DNA from: Roseibium sp.
GTDB taxonomy: Bacteria; Pseudomonadota; Alphaproteobacteria; Rhizobiales; Stappiaceae
DNA: 64,000 nucleotides
Assembly (NCBI RefSeq): GCF_039982295.1
Contig: NZ_JBDWYP010000069.1
Span: 4,964-68,963, forward strand
Reading direction: 5' to 3'
Shown: piece by piece, positions 19,888-28,923 of the stretch
Layout: the number at the start of each line of letters is the position of its first letter
Position numbering within the stretch: position 1 is the stretch's first letter
Position numbers and translations under genes: made by a program
Notes under the pieces: generated by a model
Told to the model about the DNA's origin: nothing
What the model saw: only the letters and a program-made list of their open reading frames with translations
The model's database searches: none

Positions 19888-21696
19888 GTGAAATTGCGCA
19901 GACGCATCAAGCTCACACCAACCTTGACGATCGTCATAGGCGCCTTCGTTCTCGTGACGGCAGCACTTGTGCTCGTGGTCCAGGTCATCACGTCGGAAAA
20001 AATCGTCCGAACGCTTGGCGGCACCCTCGTCGACATCGGCATGGACGCGCTTCAGAGCGACTTCGCCTCACAGCTTGATGCAATCGAGGAACAGGCGGCG
20101 TTTACGGCCAGAGCCGTTATCGCCGGGTCGGTTCTCATCGATGACGTGGAGGAGCTTTCCACCTTCACCTACGGTGCTCTTGCCGGGACACCGCAGGCAT
20201 CGCTTCTGATTGTTGCCTCGAGTGACGGCGACGCAGTTCAAGTTGACAGGGGCGCCGGCGATGGCGTGATCGTGCCGTTCAGGGCTCCTGCCGCGAAACT
20301 GCCGAACCTTGCCCCCCAGATGCAGAAAGCGAGAGACGCGACCGCGGGTTTCTGGACACCCGTTCAGTTCATCCCGGGGCGCGGCCACAGCTATGTCGCC
20401 TATGTCACCCCCATTCGAGATGGTGACATGTTTCTGGGAGCCGTGTTCGTGGGCGTTTCTCTTGAACGTCTCTCCGAGATTACCAAGCAGATCTCGACGG
20501 ACGATCTCACTGTGTTTCTGACGTATGGCGCAGGCCAACTATTGGCGCACCCTCGCCTGGACGAGGTCGAGGATCAGCTTTCGCCCAACACTCCGCTGAT
20601 CGAAATGACGTCCATCCCCGATACCTTCCTGGCGAACTTCGAGGATCATGAGCCACAAGATACTGAAGGCTATCATTTTACCGGCGAGATCGAACTCCTA
20701 GCCGGTTTTGATGCCTACGGTACCCGCCGGTTTGTTGTTTATGAAGACAGTGGCGAGAAATTTGGAACGCTGCCGATCAAGATTGGCGCCCATTTTTCCG
20801 CCAACGTCCTTGAACAGCCGCTTCATCTGCTCACGCGCTCCATTCTCATCGGACTTTTGCTCCTGGGCCTTTCACTTGTCGCAACAGGTTTTCTCGCCCA
20901 CTACATCGCGCGTCCGATCAAGCGCGCAGCAGATGGCGCCCGCTCGGTCGCGCGGCTTGATTTCGACGCTGTCAAACCTTTGCCAGGAAGTGCCGTTCGC
21001 GAATTGGAAGATCTTGCAAACGGCTTCAACGCAATGCTTGGGGGACTGTCCGCCTTCATGCGCTACGTGCCAAAATCCCTCGTCAATCAGCTGATAGGGG
21101 AAGGACGAGCCGACGCTCCACCCGAAGAGCGGGAGCTGGCGGTGCTCTTTACCGATATCGTCGGCTTCACGACCTTGTCGGAGACCATGAGCACCGGCGA
21201 AATCGCGACGTTCGTCAACCAGCACCTTTCGCTGATCGGGGCCGAGATCGACGCACATCATGGCACCATCGACAAGTATATTGGTGACAGCGTCATGGCC
21301 TTCTGGGGCGCCCCGCAGCGCATGGATGCACCCGATATTCCTGCAGCCGAGGCCGCAATCGGCATTGCAAGAGCGATCATGGCTGACAACAAGGAACGTC
21401 GTAAAAACGGTTTGCCACCTGTCCGCATCCGCATCGGGCTACACAGGGGACCGCTTGTGGTCGGAGATATCGGCGCCATAGGCCGGGTTAATTACACGGT
21501 GATCGGAGATACCGTGAATGTGGCGTCCCGCCTCGAATCCCTTGGACGGGAGGTGGATCCGGACGCGGAGGCAATCATCCTGGCGTCCGGCGATATCGGA
21601 GCGCACCTTCCCTCATCGATCACTTATGATCGCCTGGGAGCTCACAAGGTCAAGGGCAAGGACGCACTCGTGGATGTCATCAGGCTAACCCCCTGA
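19888..21696 (+). CDS. Membrane class III adenylate cyclase (periplasmic Cache-like domain, HAMP, catalytic domain)
   Basis: Two TMs; LFTDIVGFT, IDKYIGD, YTVIGDTVNVASRLE; Lys/Thr specificity residues favour ATP; GTG start inferred. Confidence 0.88.
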   Translation: MKLRRRIKLTPTLTIVIGAFVLVTAALVLVVQVITSEKIVRTLGGTLVDIGMDALQSDFASQLDAIEEQAAFTARAVIAGSVLIDDVEELSTFTYGALAGTPQASLLIVASSDGDAVQVDRGAGDGVIVPFRAPAAKLPNLAPQMQKARDATAGFWTPVQFIPGRGHSYVAYVTPIRDGDMFLGAVFVGVSLERLSEITKQISTDDLTVFLTYGAGQLLAHPRLDEVEDQLSPNTPLIEMTSIPDTFLANFEDHEPQDTEGYHFTGEIELLAGFDAYGTRRFVVYEDSGEKFGTLPIKIGAHFSANVLEQPLHLLTRSILIGLLLLGLSLVATGFLAHYIARPIKRAADGARSVARLDFDAVKPLPGSAVRELEDLANGFNAMLGGLSAFMRYVPKSLVNQLIGEGRADAPPEERELAVLFTDIVGFTTLSETMSTGEIATFVNQHLSLIGAEIDAHHGTIDKYIGDSVMAFWGAPQRMDAPDIPAAEAAIGIARAIMADNKERRKNGLPPVRIRIGLHRGPLVVGDIGAIGRVNYTVIGDTVNVASRLESLGREVDPDAEAIILASGDIGAHLPSSITYDRLGAHKVKGKDALVDVIRLTP

Positions 21697-21746
21697 CAAC
21701 CGGACTCGTGAGCAGTCAGCGCGATGTCGATTCTGGTGGCAGGTTC

Positions 21747-22877
21747 CTAGATGACGTGTGATGCCAACGGCGCAAAGCCGTTGAAGCCGACACTCGAATA
21801 GGTGGTCGTATATGCGCCACAGGCCTCGATCAGCACCTTGTCGCCAATGGAAAGCGAAACGGGCAGCTCGTAGGGCGTCTTTTCGTACATGACATCAACG
21901 CTGTCGCAGGTCGGACCAGCCAGAACGCAAGGCGCTGTCACATCACCATCGCGCGGTGTGCGGATCGGATAGCGGATCGCCTCGTCCATGGTCTCGGCAA
22001 GACCGTGGAATTTGCCGATATCTAGATAGACCCAGCGGACCTCGTCCTCGGCCGACTTCTTCGAGATCAGCACGACTTCCGCTTCGATCAAACCAGCGTT
22101 GCCGACCATGCCGCGCCCCGGTTCGATGATCGTGGAGGGCAAACGGTTGCCGAAGTGCTTGGTCAGAGAGCCGAAAATGGCTTCGCCATAGCTCGGAACG
22201 CCGGGCACGTCCTTGAGATAGCGGGTCGGGAAGCCCCCACCCATATTGACCATTTTCAGCTCGATGCCGCGGAGCGCCATCTCCTGGAAAACGCCCGCTG
22301 CCATGGCGAGAGCGAGATCCCACGCGCCGAGGTTGGCTTGCTGGGAGCCGACATGGAAGGAAACTCCGTGTGCGGTGAGGCCGTTTTGATGGGCGTGTTC
22401 GAGCACATCGGGTGCCATGGCAGGGTCGCACCCGAATTTGCGCGAAAGCGGCCATTCTGCTCCGACGCCGTCGCAGAGGACGCGGCAGAAGACTTTGCTG
22501 CCGGCTGCAACACGAGAGATTTTTTCGACTTCTTCGACGCAATCGACCGCGAAGAGGCGGACGCCGAGCTGATAGGCACGCGCAATGTCACGCTCCTTCT
22601 TGATGGTGTTTCCATAGGAAATGCGGGCAGCGTCGGCGCCAGTGGCCAGAACCATCTCGATTTCGCCAACAGATGCACAGTCGAACGAGGAACCGAGGCT
22701 TTCCAGCAAGTTGAGGATCGCCGGATCGGGATTTGCCTTCACGGCATAGTAGACCGAGGTGTCTGGCAGGGCCTTGGCAAAGGTCTCGTAGTTGTCGCGC
22801 ACGATATCGAGGTCGACAACAACACAAGGGCCGTCGGCATCACGTCGTCGCAAAAAGTCCAGAATGCGTTCGCTCAT
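21747..22877 (-). CDS. speF: Fold-type III PLP decarboxylase (ornithine/lysine decarboxylase)
   Basis: YYAVKANP, FDCASVGE, SFHVGSQ, EPGRGMV, GPTCDSVD, GAYT. Confidence 0.9.
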   Translation of the reverse strand: MSERILDFLRRRDADGPCVVVDLDIVRDNYETFAKALPDTSVYYAVKANPDPAILNLLESLGSSFDCASVGEIEMVLATGADAARISYGNTIKKERDIARAYQLGVRLFAVDCVEEVEKISRVAAGSKVFCRVLCDGVGAEWPLSRKFGCDPAMAPDVLEHAHQNGLTAHGVSFHVGSQQANLGAWDLALAMAAGVFQEMALRGIELKMVNMGGGFPTRYLKDVPGVPSYGEAIFGSLTKHFGNRLPSTIIEPGRGMVGNAGLIEAEVVLISKKSAEDEVRWVYLDIGKFHGLAETMDEAIRYPIRTPRDGDVTAPCVLAGPTCDSVDVMYEKTPYELPVSLSIGDKVLIEACGAYTTTYSSVGFNGFAPLASHVI

Positions 22878-22878
22878 C

Positions 22879-23310
22879 GGGGTCGTCCCCTTCCAATTCA
22901 TGAAGACCACGCCATTTCGTTTCCGGCGGGCCTCAGGTTCACGTCGCAGGGTGCTGAAAGTGCAGAGCAGCGGCCCCGGGATGGAACCGGAGCGCGGAAT
23001 ACGACTTGCAGCGACGGTTTGGCGATGCTGTCCTGAAAGACAACAAAGCTTTCCCGCGTCGGGAGTGCCGTTGATTGGATCGGAAGACCGAACCGCACGT
23101 CGGGCAAGGATGTAACAAGTGCCTCATCAGTGACGCCGGAGGTTGGAGACCCCAGCCGAGACCAAAAGGCCCTCTTACGTCGTTGCTTTAAGCCGTCCGG
23201 ATTTGCTGCCCCGCCCCTTGGCGGTGTTATTTGGCAGCTACCCCTTAAGAGGCCTCCTTTTCAGGGACCCCATGAACGGCCTCGGGCACGTGCGAATTTG
23301 GGCAAGACGT
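22879..23310 (-). ncRNA. Long structured 5' leader of the decarboxylase (candidate speF-leader-type cis element)
   Basis: Nested helices seen: 23094-23100 with 23288-23294; 23156-23160 with 23281-23285; 23164-23177 with 23246-23261; inner GCTGCC/GGCAGC. A speF leader RNA is described upstream of this gene in alphaproteobacteria; Rfam match not verified. Confidence 0.5.
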
Positions 23311-23436
23311 AGATGCGATGAAATCCTGTCATGATCAAGGGGAAATTTGCATCGCGCGCATTTTTTTGAGTGGAGCTTTTCTGCTCGAAAGCCGAGAGAC
23401 AAGGCAACGCCTTGAATGGTGCCGGGAGACTGGCCC

Positions 23437-23470
23437 AAAAGAAAAAGGGGCCGCGAAAACGCGACCCCTC
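23437..23470 (-). terminator. Rho-independent terminator of the EF-hand gene
   Basis: AGGGGTCGCG-TTTT-CGCGGCCCCT stem plus TTTTTCTTTTG on the minus strand. Confidence 0.7.
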
Positions 23471-23545
23471 TCATGATGAAAGCTGGAAACCTGCGGGGGC
23501 ATCAGGTGGACCCGCTTTCATCTTGCTACGGCAAGCGGTTGAGCA

Positions 23546-24616
23546 TCAGCCCCGCTGCTTGCGACCTTCATGGTCGTGATGGCCTTTGCCATGACGAGCC
23601 TTCTTGCCACGCTTGAAGTCCGCCTTGGTCACAACGTCATCGCCGTTGCGGTCCATACGCTCGACCAGATTGGCGCTGCGCTTGGCGTGTTCTTCTGCCG
23701 TGATGGACAGATCGCCATCGGCGTCGAGCTTCTGGAACATCCGAACGACGCGACCTTCGTTCATGGTCATCCAGATCGTGCTGAAGTCGGTCAGTTCAAA
23801 ACCGCCGGAGCCATCGGTATCAGCCGATGCGAAGAGCTTGCCGCGGACATCTTCAAACTCGGCGCGGGTGACCTTGCCGTCCTTGTCGGTGTCGAGCATG
23901 GTGAAGATGTTCTCCATCATGCGGCCTCGCATTCCGCCTTTTCCGCCCTTGGAACCGTGCCGGCCTTCATGACCGCGCTTTTCCATTTCGTGACGCGGTG
24001 CATGTGCCTCGCGACCCTTGCCTTTTTCCTCGCCATCCGGGCCTTTGCCCTTACCGGCCTTCTGGTCAGGACCACGGTCGCCGTCTTCCTGGCCCATGCG
24101 CTTGCCCTGCTCAGGCTTGCCGCCACGCGGCCTGGACATACGCTCCAGCTCGCCGTTGCCGTCGCGATCCAGTCGCGAGAACATGCGATCGGTCATACCG
24201 TTGAATTCTTCGGTCGTAACCGTGCCGTCTCCATCCTTGTCGAGACGCTGGAAAACACGAACGCGCTGGCGGGAGGTCTTCTCTTCAAAGCCGGTCTTGA
24301 ATTCAGCCAGGTCGATCGCGCCGCTTGTATTGGTGTCGCCTTCTGCGAACCGTTTGGCGACGACTTGGTCGACTTCAGCCTGGTTCACGACGCCGTCCGT
24401 GTTGACGTCAAAGCGTTCCATGAACTTCCGGCCCTGGTGACGGCCGCCTTTGCGTCCGTGCCCCATGCCGCGCCCCATTTCGTCACCGCCCATGCCACCG
24501 TTCATGGCATACTGGCCCTTCACCGGCGCCGGGCTTTCTGCCTGAACTGCGGTGATTGCAACGCTGGCGACGCCAGCGGTCAGGGCAGCGATTGCGATTT
24601 TCTTCATGGGTTTCAT
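23546..24616 (-). CDS. Secreted multi-EF-hand calcium-binding protein (8 EF loops)
   Basis: Signal peptide; loops DVNTDG, DTNTSG, DKDGDG, DRDGNG, DTDKDG, DTDGSG, DADGDL, DRNGDD; AAGGAG RBS. Confidence 0.88.
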   Translation of the reverse strand: MKPMKKIAIAALTAGVASVAITAVQAESPAPVKGQYAMNGGMGGDEMGRGMGHGRKGGRHQGRKFMERFDVNTDGVVNQAEVDQVVAKRFAEGDTNTSGAIDLAEFKTGFEEKTSRQRVRVFQRLDKDGDGTVTTEEFNGMTDRMFSRLDRDGNGELERMSRPRGGKPEQGKRMGQEDGDRGPDQKAGKGKGPDGEEKGKGREAHAPRHEMEKRGHEGRHGSKGGKGGMRGRMMENIFTMLDTDKDGKVTRAEFEDVRGKLFASADTDGSGGFELTDFSTIWMTMNEGRVVRMFQKLDADGDLSITAEEHAKRSANLVERMDRNGDDVVTKADFKRGKKARHGKGHHDHEGRKQRG

Positions 24617-24730
24617 GATCTGTCAGCTCCTTGGTTGCTGCGTTGATGAACAGAACATAGGAACGACTTGTCGCAAAAATACGGGCCAAAACAGCGACAA
24701 GTGTCGCGGTGTGTGCCGGTTGGCGGGCGG

Positions 24731-24746
24731 GTTACATCTTGTTACA
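24731..24746. promoter_or_regulatory. GTTACA-N4-GTTACA direct repeat, candidate OmpR-family operator
   Basis: Perfect hexamer repeat with 10-bp period in the divergent intergenic region. Confidence 0.45.
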
Positions 24747-24864
24747 AGATTGCGCTGTCCGACCGCAGAATTCACTTTAGCTATATGACAAGAGCTTTTC
24801 CGACGTTGGCAAACAAATGCCGGCATCGGACCATGAGGACCAGGGCAGACTTCCGGAGACCCAC

Positions 24865-25593
24865 TTGAGCGAACCCAGCCCCCACATTCTGGTCGTAGAC
24901 GATCACCGCGACATTCGCGAGACCCTCGCGCGCTATCTCGTAAAGAACGGCATGCGTGCGACGACCGCGGAAAGCGCCGCCCATGCCCGCAAGGCGCTCA
25001 AGGCAGCGTCCATCGATCTGGTCGTTCTCGACATCATGATGCCGGGCGAGGACGGCCTGTCGCTGTGCCGCCATCTTGTCGAAGGCAGCTCCCTGCCCGT
25101 CATTCTCTTGACGGCCATGGCCGAAGACACCGACCGGGTCATTGGTCTTGAGATCGGCGCTGATGACTATGTCACCAAGCCCTTCAACCCGCGTGAGCTG
25201 CTTGCGCGGATCAGGGCAGTTCTGCGCCGAACCAGTGCGGTGCCCAAAGAGCGTGACCCGCTTGAAGAAGAGAAACTGGCATTTGAAGGCTGGACATTGA
25301 ACGTCCCCAAGCGGGAGCTGATCGACCCGGAAGGTGTCGGCGTTTCCCTGTCCAGCGGCGAGTTCCAGCTGCTTTGTGCATTCCTGAAGCGGCCGAAGAT
25401 GGTGCTGAACCGCGATCAATTGCTGGACCTGACCACCGGCCGCACGCCAAATGTATTCGACCGGTCGATCGACAACCAGGTTTCAAGACTTCGCCGGAAG
25501 ATCGAGAGCGATCCCAAGAACCCGACCCTTATCAAAACGGTCTGGGGCGGAGGCTACATGTTCACATCTGATGTGGACGGAGTTCACGGATGA
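24865..25593 (+). CDS. OmpR/PhoB-family response regulator
   Basis: ILVVDD, VLDIMMPGEDG, GADDYVTKPF, winged helix RSIDNQVSRLRRKIE; TTG start with GGAG RBS. Confidence 0.93.
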   Translation: MSEPSPHILVVDDHRDIRETLARYLVKNGMRATTAESAAHARKALKAASIDLVVLDIMMPGEDGLSLCRHLVEGSSLPVILLTAMAEDTDRVIGLEIGADDYVTKPFNPRELLARIRAVLRRTSAVPKERDPLEEEKLAFEGWTLNVPKRELIDPEGVGVSLSSGEFQLLCAFLKRPKMVLNRDQLLDLTTGRTPNVFDRSIDNQVSRLRRKIESDPKNPTLIKTVWGGGYMFTSDVDGVHG

Positions 25594-27002
25594 TCAGATG
25601 GATCACAGATCGACTGAGGGCGACGAGCCTCGGCACTCAGCTTGTGGGCCTCTTGTTGCTCGCGGTCGTCGCCGCCCAGATCATCAGCATCTGGCTCTTT
25701 CATGACGAACGTAGGCTCGCGCTCCTTGAGGTCGCGCGGGACAATATCCTGATGCGGTCAATTTCGATGGTCCAGCTTCTGGAAAGCACGCCGACCACAT
25801 ATCATGCGAAGATCCTGAAGGCTTCGAGCAGCCGGTTCACCGCCTTCTGGACAAGTGAAGAACCAGTCGTCAAGGAAGACGCCGATACCCAGACCGAACA
25901 GCGTCTCGAGACCTATCTTGGCAGCCGGTTGACGCCGGACCGTGAGGTTCACCTGGACCTGCTTGCGATTGGCCATGGCAAACAGCCGAACCGCCAGAAC
26001 GCCGACCCGTCACAAGTCAAACGCGATTTTCCGGCACGTTTGAAGCGGCTTGCGAAACGGCAGGTCGATCTTGTTCTATCGATTCAGCTCGCTGACCATG
26101 GCTGGCTGAACGTGGCGACCGACTACAAGCCGCCGCCCCGGACCTTGTATCCCTTGCTGGTGCAGATGGCGCTCACAATCGGCGCGATCTTTGTCATCGT
26201 TTTCCTGGCGGTCCGCCGTGTGGCCAAGCCCCTGCGCCATCTCGCCGGCGCAGCTGAAAAGCTTGGCCGCGGCGAGGACCTGCCCGCATTGACCGTCGAA
26301 GGTCCTAGCGAAGTCAGGGCGGTGACCCGGGCGTTCAACGAGATGCAGGACCGCCTCACCCGCTTCGTGTCGGATCGCACCAGGATGCTGGCGGCGATAA
26401 GTCATGATCTGCGGACTCCGATCACGTCGCTCCGCCTGCGCGCCGAATTCATCGATGACGAGGAAAATCGCGAGAAGATCATCGAAACGCTCGATGAAAT
26501 GAGCCAGATGACGGAAGCGACGCTAGAATTTGCGCGTGACGAGGCGAACAAGGAAGATGCGGTCCGCACGGACCTCACCAGCCTTTTGGAGAGTATTGCC
26601 GCTGACCAACAAGATCTCGGCCATGCCGTTTCGGTCTCGGACGGCGACAGGATCATCTTGTCCTGCCGACCGCTTTCCCTCAAGAGAGCGATCCGAAACC
26701 TGATTGAAAACGGCATCCGTTATGGCGAAAGGGTCGAAGTCACCATCGCACGCGATGACAGAAAAGCCGTCATCCGGTTCCGGGACTTCGGTCCGGGTAT
26801 TCCGGCGGCGCGGCTGGCAGATGTGTTCGAGCCGTTCGTTCGCCTGGAGGAGTCACGCAGCGAGGAGACGGGCGGCATCGGACTTGGCTTGTCCATTACG
26901 CGCTCCATCATTCATGCGCACGGCGGCGAAATCACGCTTCGGAACCATCCGGACGGCGGCCTGGAAGCAACGGTTCGGCTTCCCGTCGAACCGTCTCCCT
27001 GA
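25590..27002 (+). CDS. Sensor histidine kinase (2 TM, periplasmic domain, HAMP)
   Basis: ISHDLRTPIT H-box, NLIENG, DFGPGI, GGIGLGLSI; ATGA overlap with the regulator. Confidence 0.93.
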   Translation: MIRWITDRLRATSLGTQLVGLLLLAVVAAQIISIWLFHDERRLALLEVARDNILMRSISMVQLLESTPTTYHAKILKASSSRFTAFWTSEEPVVKEDADTQTEQRLETYLGSRLTPDREVHLDLLAIGHGKQPNRQNADPSQVKRDFPARLKRLAKRQVDLVLSIQLADHGWLNVATDYKPPPRTLYPLLVQMALTIGAIFVIVFLAVRRVAKPLRHLAGAAEKLGRGEDLPALTVEGPSEVRAVTRAFNEMQDRLTRFVSDRTRMLAAISHDLRTPITSLRLRAEFIDDEENREKIIETLDEMSQMTEATLEFARDEANKEDAVRTDLTSLLESIAADQQDLGHAVSVSDGDRIILSCRPLSLKRAIRNLIENGIRYGERVEVTIARDDRKAVIRFRDFGPGIPAARLADVFEPFVRLEESRSEETGGIGLGLSITRSIIHAHGGEITLRNHPDGGLEATVRLPVEPSP

Positions 27003-27015
27003 TGGCCACGAGGCC

Positions 27016-27357
27016 CTAAAGCACAACGCAGCTGTCGCTTGGGGCCTCGTCCCGCTCAGTCATGCCGTAGTCGCGAATAACGCCGGTGACACGGAGCCGG
27101 TAGTCCTTGAACAAGACATTGCGGCCTGCTGTTTGCGCCTTGCGATGGGCCATGACATTTCGCCAGTCACAAAGGGCCTTCTCGTCGCGAAAGACCGAAA
27201 GAGACAGCAATTTTCCAGGTGTGGTCAGGCTTTCGAACCGCTCGACTGAAATGAAGCCGTCGATCTCCTCGAGAACCGGGCGCAAGCTGGCAGCGATGTC
27301 CAGATAGCGTGCCTTGTGCTCCTCATGTGGGTATACTTCGAAAATCACGGCAATCAT
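27016..27357 (-). CDS. Antibiotic biosynthesis monooxygenase (ABM) domain protein
   Basis: [34 protein letters not shown]. Confidence 0.88.
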   Translation of the reverse strand: MIAVIFEVYPHEEHKARYLDIAASLRPVLEEIDGFISVERFESLTTPGKLLSLSVFRDEKALCDWRNVMAHRKAQTAGRNVLFKDYRLRVTGVIRDYGMTERDEAPSDSCVVL

Positions 27358-27698
27358 GATTGACCTTCTTCCGGTGCCATTTGGCTTGGTTGCGGAGATG
27401 ACGCGAGCTTGAGGAACGTCCTGTCCTCTCTCAAGAGAAATTTCTCACGCTGCGCAAATTCATAGTTCTCCCGGCCAAGCGGATCCTCCGACAAGCGCTT
27501 GCGATATGCCTCATAGGCGGCAAGGCTCTCGATGTTGTAAACGCCGTAGGCCAGAGTGCTCGAGCCTTCATGCGGCGCATAGTAGCCGATGAGGTCGGCC
27601 CCGCAGCGGGGGATGGCGACGCCCCAGTTACGGGCATAGGTCTCAAAAGCCTCCCGTTTGGTCGGATCGATGTGGTAGCGAATGAAACAGGTGATCAT
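27354..27698 (-). CDS. NIPSNAP family protein
   Basis: [38 protein letters not shown]; ATGA overlap with ABM gene. Confidence 0.85.
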   Translation of the reverse strand: MITCFIRYHIDPTKREAFETYARNWGVAIPRCGADLIGYYAPHEGSSTLAYGVYNIESLAAYEAYRKRLSEDPLGRENYEFAQREKFLLREDRTFLKLASSPQPSQMAPEEGQS

Positions 27699-27775
27699 GG
27701 CGGTTCTCCATTGCGTTCGAGATCGCATCTCAATGCCATGTTGAAGACGCACTATGCTTCGACTAGGATCGAAGT

Positions 27776-28468
27776 ATGAGAGACGGACCTGATATTGCCC
27801 TCATCGGCTCGCTGATTGGCGACCCTGCCCGCGCGAACATGTTGACCGCGCTCATGAGCGGCAAGGCACTAACGGCCAGCGAGCTTGCTGCGGAAGCAGG
27901 CATAACGGCTCAAACGGCTAGCTCTCACCTGGGCAAACTGGCCAATGCCGGACTGATCAACCAGCGCAAACAGGGGCGTCATCGTTACTATGTGCTGTCC
28001 GATGACGATGTTGGCCAGGCACTCGAAAGCCTGATGGGCCTGGCGGCCAGGAAGGGCCATTTGAGGGTGCGCACAGGCCCCAATGATCCGGCGCTGCGAA
28101 AAGCAAGGGTCTGCTACGATCATCTGGCAGGCGATTTGGCCGTGCGCATCTATGACAGCCTGCTCTCGCACAACCATGTTGCGCCTGCGGATGATGGTGG
28201 TCTTCGTCTGACCGAAAGCGGTCATGCCTTTTTGCAGTCGTTTGGCGTCAATCCGGCACAACGATCGCGATCCCGCAGACCTGAATGCCGGTCCTGTCTC
28301 GACTGGAGCGAACGGCGTTACCATCTGGCAGGCTCCACGGGCAATGCAATCTACGTGAGGCTGCTTGAGCTTGGCTGGGCGCAGCGCCTGGAGACATCCC
28401 GCGTGGTCCAGTTTTCCACCGCTGGCGAAAAGAGCCTGGTGGCCCAGTTTCCGCTCCTGAACGGCTAA
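27776..28468 (+). CDS. ArsR/SmtB-family regulator with C-terminal Cys-containing domain
   Basis: [43 protein letters not shown]. Confidence 0.88.
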   Translation: MRDGPDIALIGSLIGDPARANMLTALMSGKALTASELAAEAGITAQTASSHLGKLANAGLINQRKQGRHRYYVLSDDDVGQALESLMGLAARKGHLRVRTGPNDPALRKARVCYDHLAGDLAVRIYDSLLSHNHVAPADDGGLRLTESGHAFLQSFGVNPAQRSRSRRPECRSCLDWSERRYHLAGSTGNAIYVRLLELGWAQRLETSRVVQFSTAGEKSLVAQFPLLNG

Positions 28469-28482
28469 CAGCTGCAGAATAC

Positions 28483-28510
28483 AAAAAACCCGGCACAAGG
28501 CCGGGTTCTT
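28483..28510. terminator. Bidirectional terminator
   Basis: A6-CCCGGC-ACAAG-GCCGGG-TTCTT between convergent genes. Confidence 0.75.
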
Positions 28511-28571
28511 GAGTTTGAACGAATGCGTCCGATGGGACCCAGGCATTCGAGCGCTCTATCCTGACTTGAAG

Positions 28572-28700
28572 TCAGCTGTTCTTGTTTTTGTTCACTTCCG
28601 AAAGGAAGCGATAGAGCTTTTGGGGAAGCCATGGCAGGCGGTCACGATTGAAGTCCTGACGATGGTTCACCAGCAGTGTTCGGGCGGTATGCACATTCAT
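28572..28700 (-). CDS. Unannotated 42-aa small protein
   Basis: Hand translation MNVHTARTLLVNHRQDFNRDRLPWLPQKLYRFLSEVNKNKNS; AAGGAG RBS 8 nt upstream; own promoter and downstream terminator. Confidence 0.55.
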   Translation of the reverse strand: MNVHTARTLLVNHRQDFNRDRLPWLPQKLYRFLSEVNKNKNS

Positions 28701-28750
28701 TTTCGGTCTCCTTCAACTTCTTTTTTTCGTTTTGTTCGACCTTACTCCGT

Positions 28751-28803
28751 ATAATATGCGCACTTTGTGCACTTTTTCAAGGCGTACCTGGTGCACTTTT
28801 CAA
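28751..28803 (-). promoter_or_regulatory. Sigma70-like promoter with repeated AAAGTGCAC elements
   Basis: TTGAAA (28780-28775), 18 nt, TATTAT (28756-28751); TTGAAAA(A)GTGCAC occurs twice and AAAGTGCGC once. Confidence 0.55.
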
Positions 28804-28923
28804 TTATTTTTCTGCTCGTTTGTCTGAAAGCTGACGTTAAGCGCTGCTACGAAAACAGCCTCCACACTCAATGCGTGAAGGCTGCAAAAGTTTCAAAAAA
28901 TCGGCTCAGACCGGAAGGCCCGA

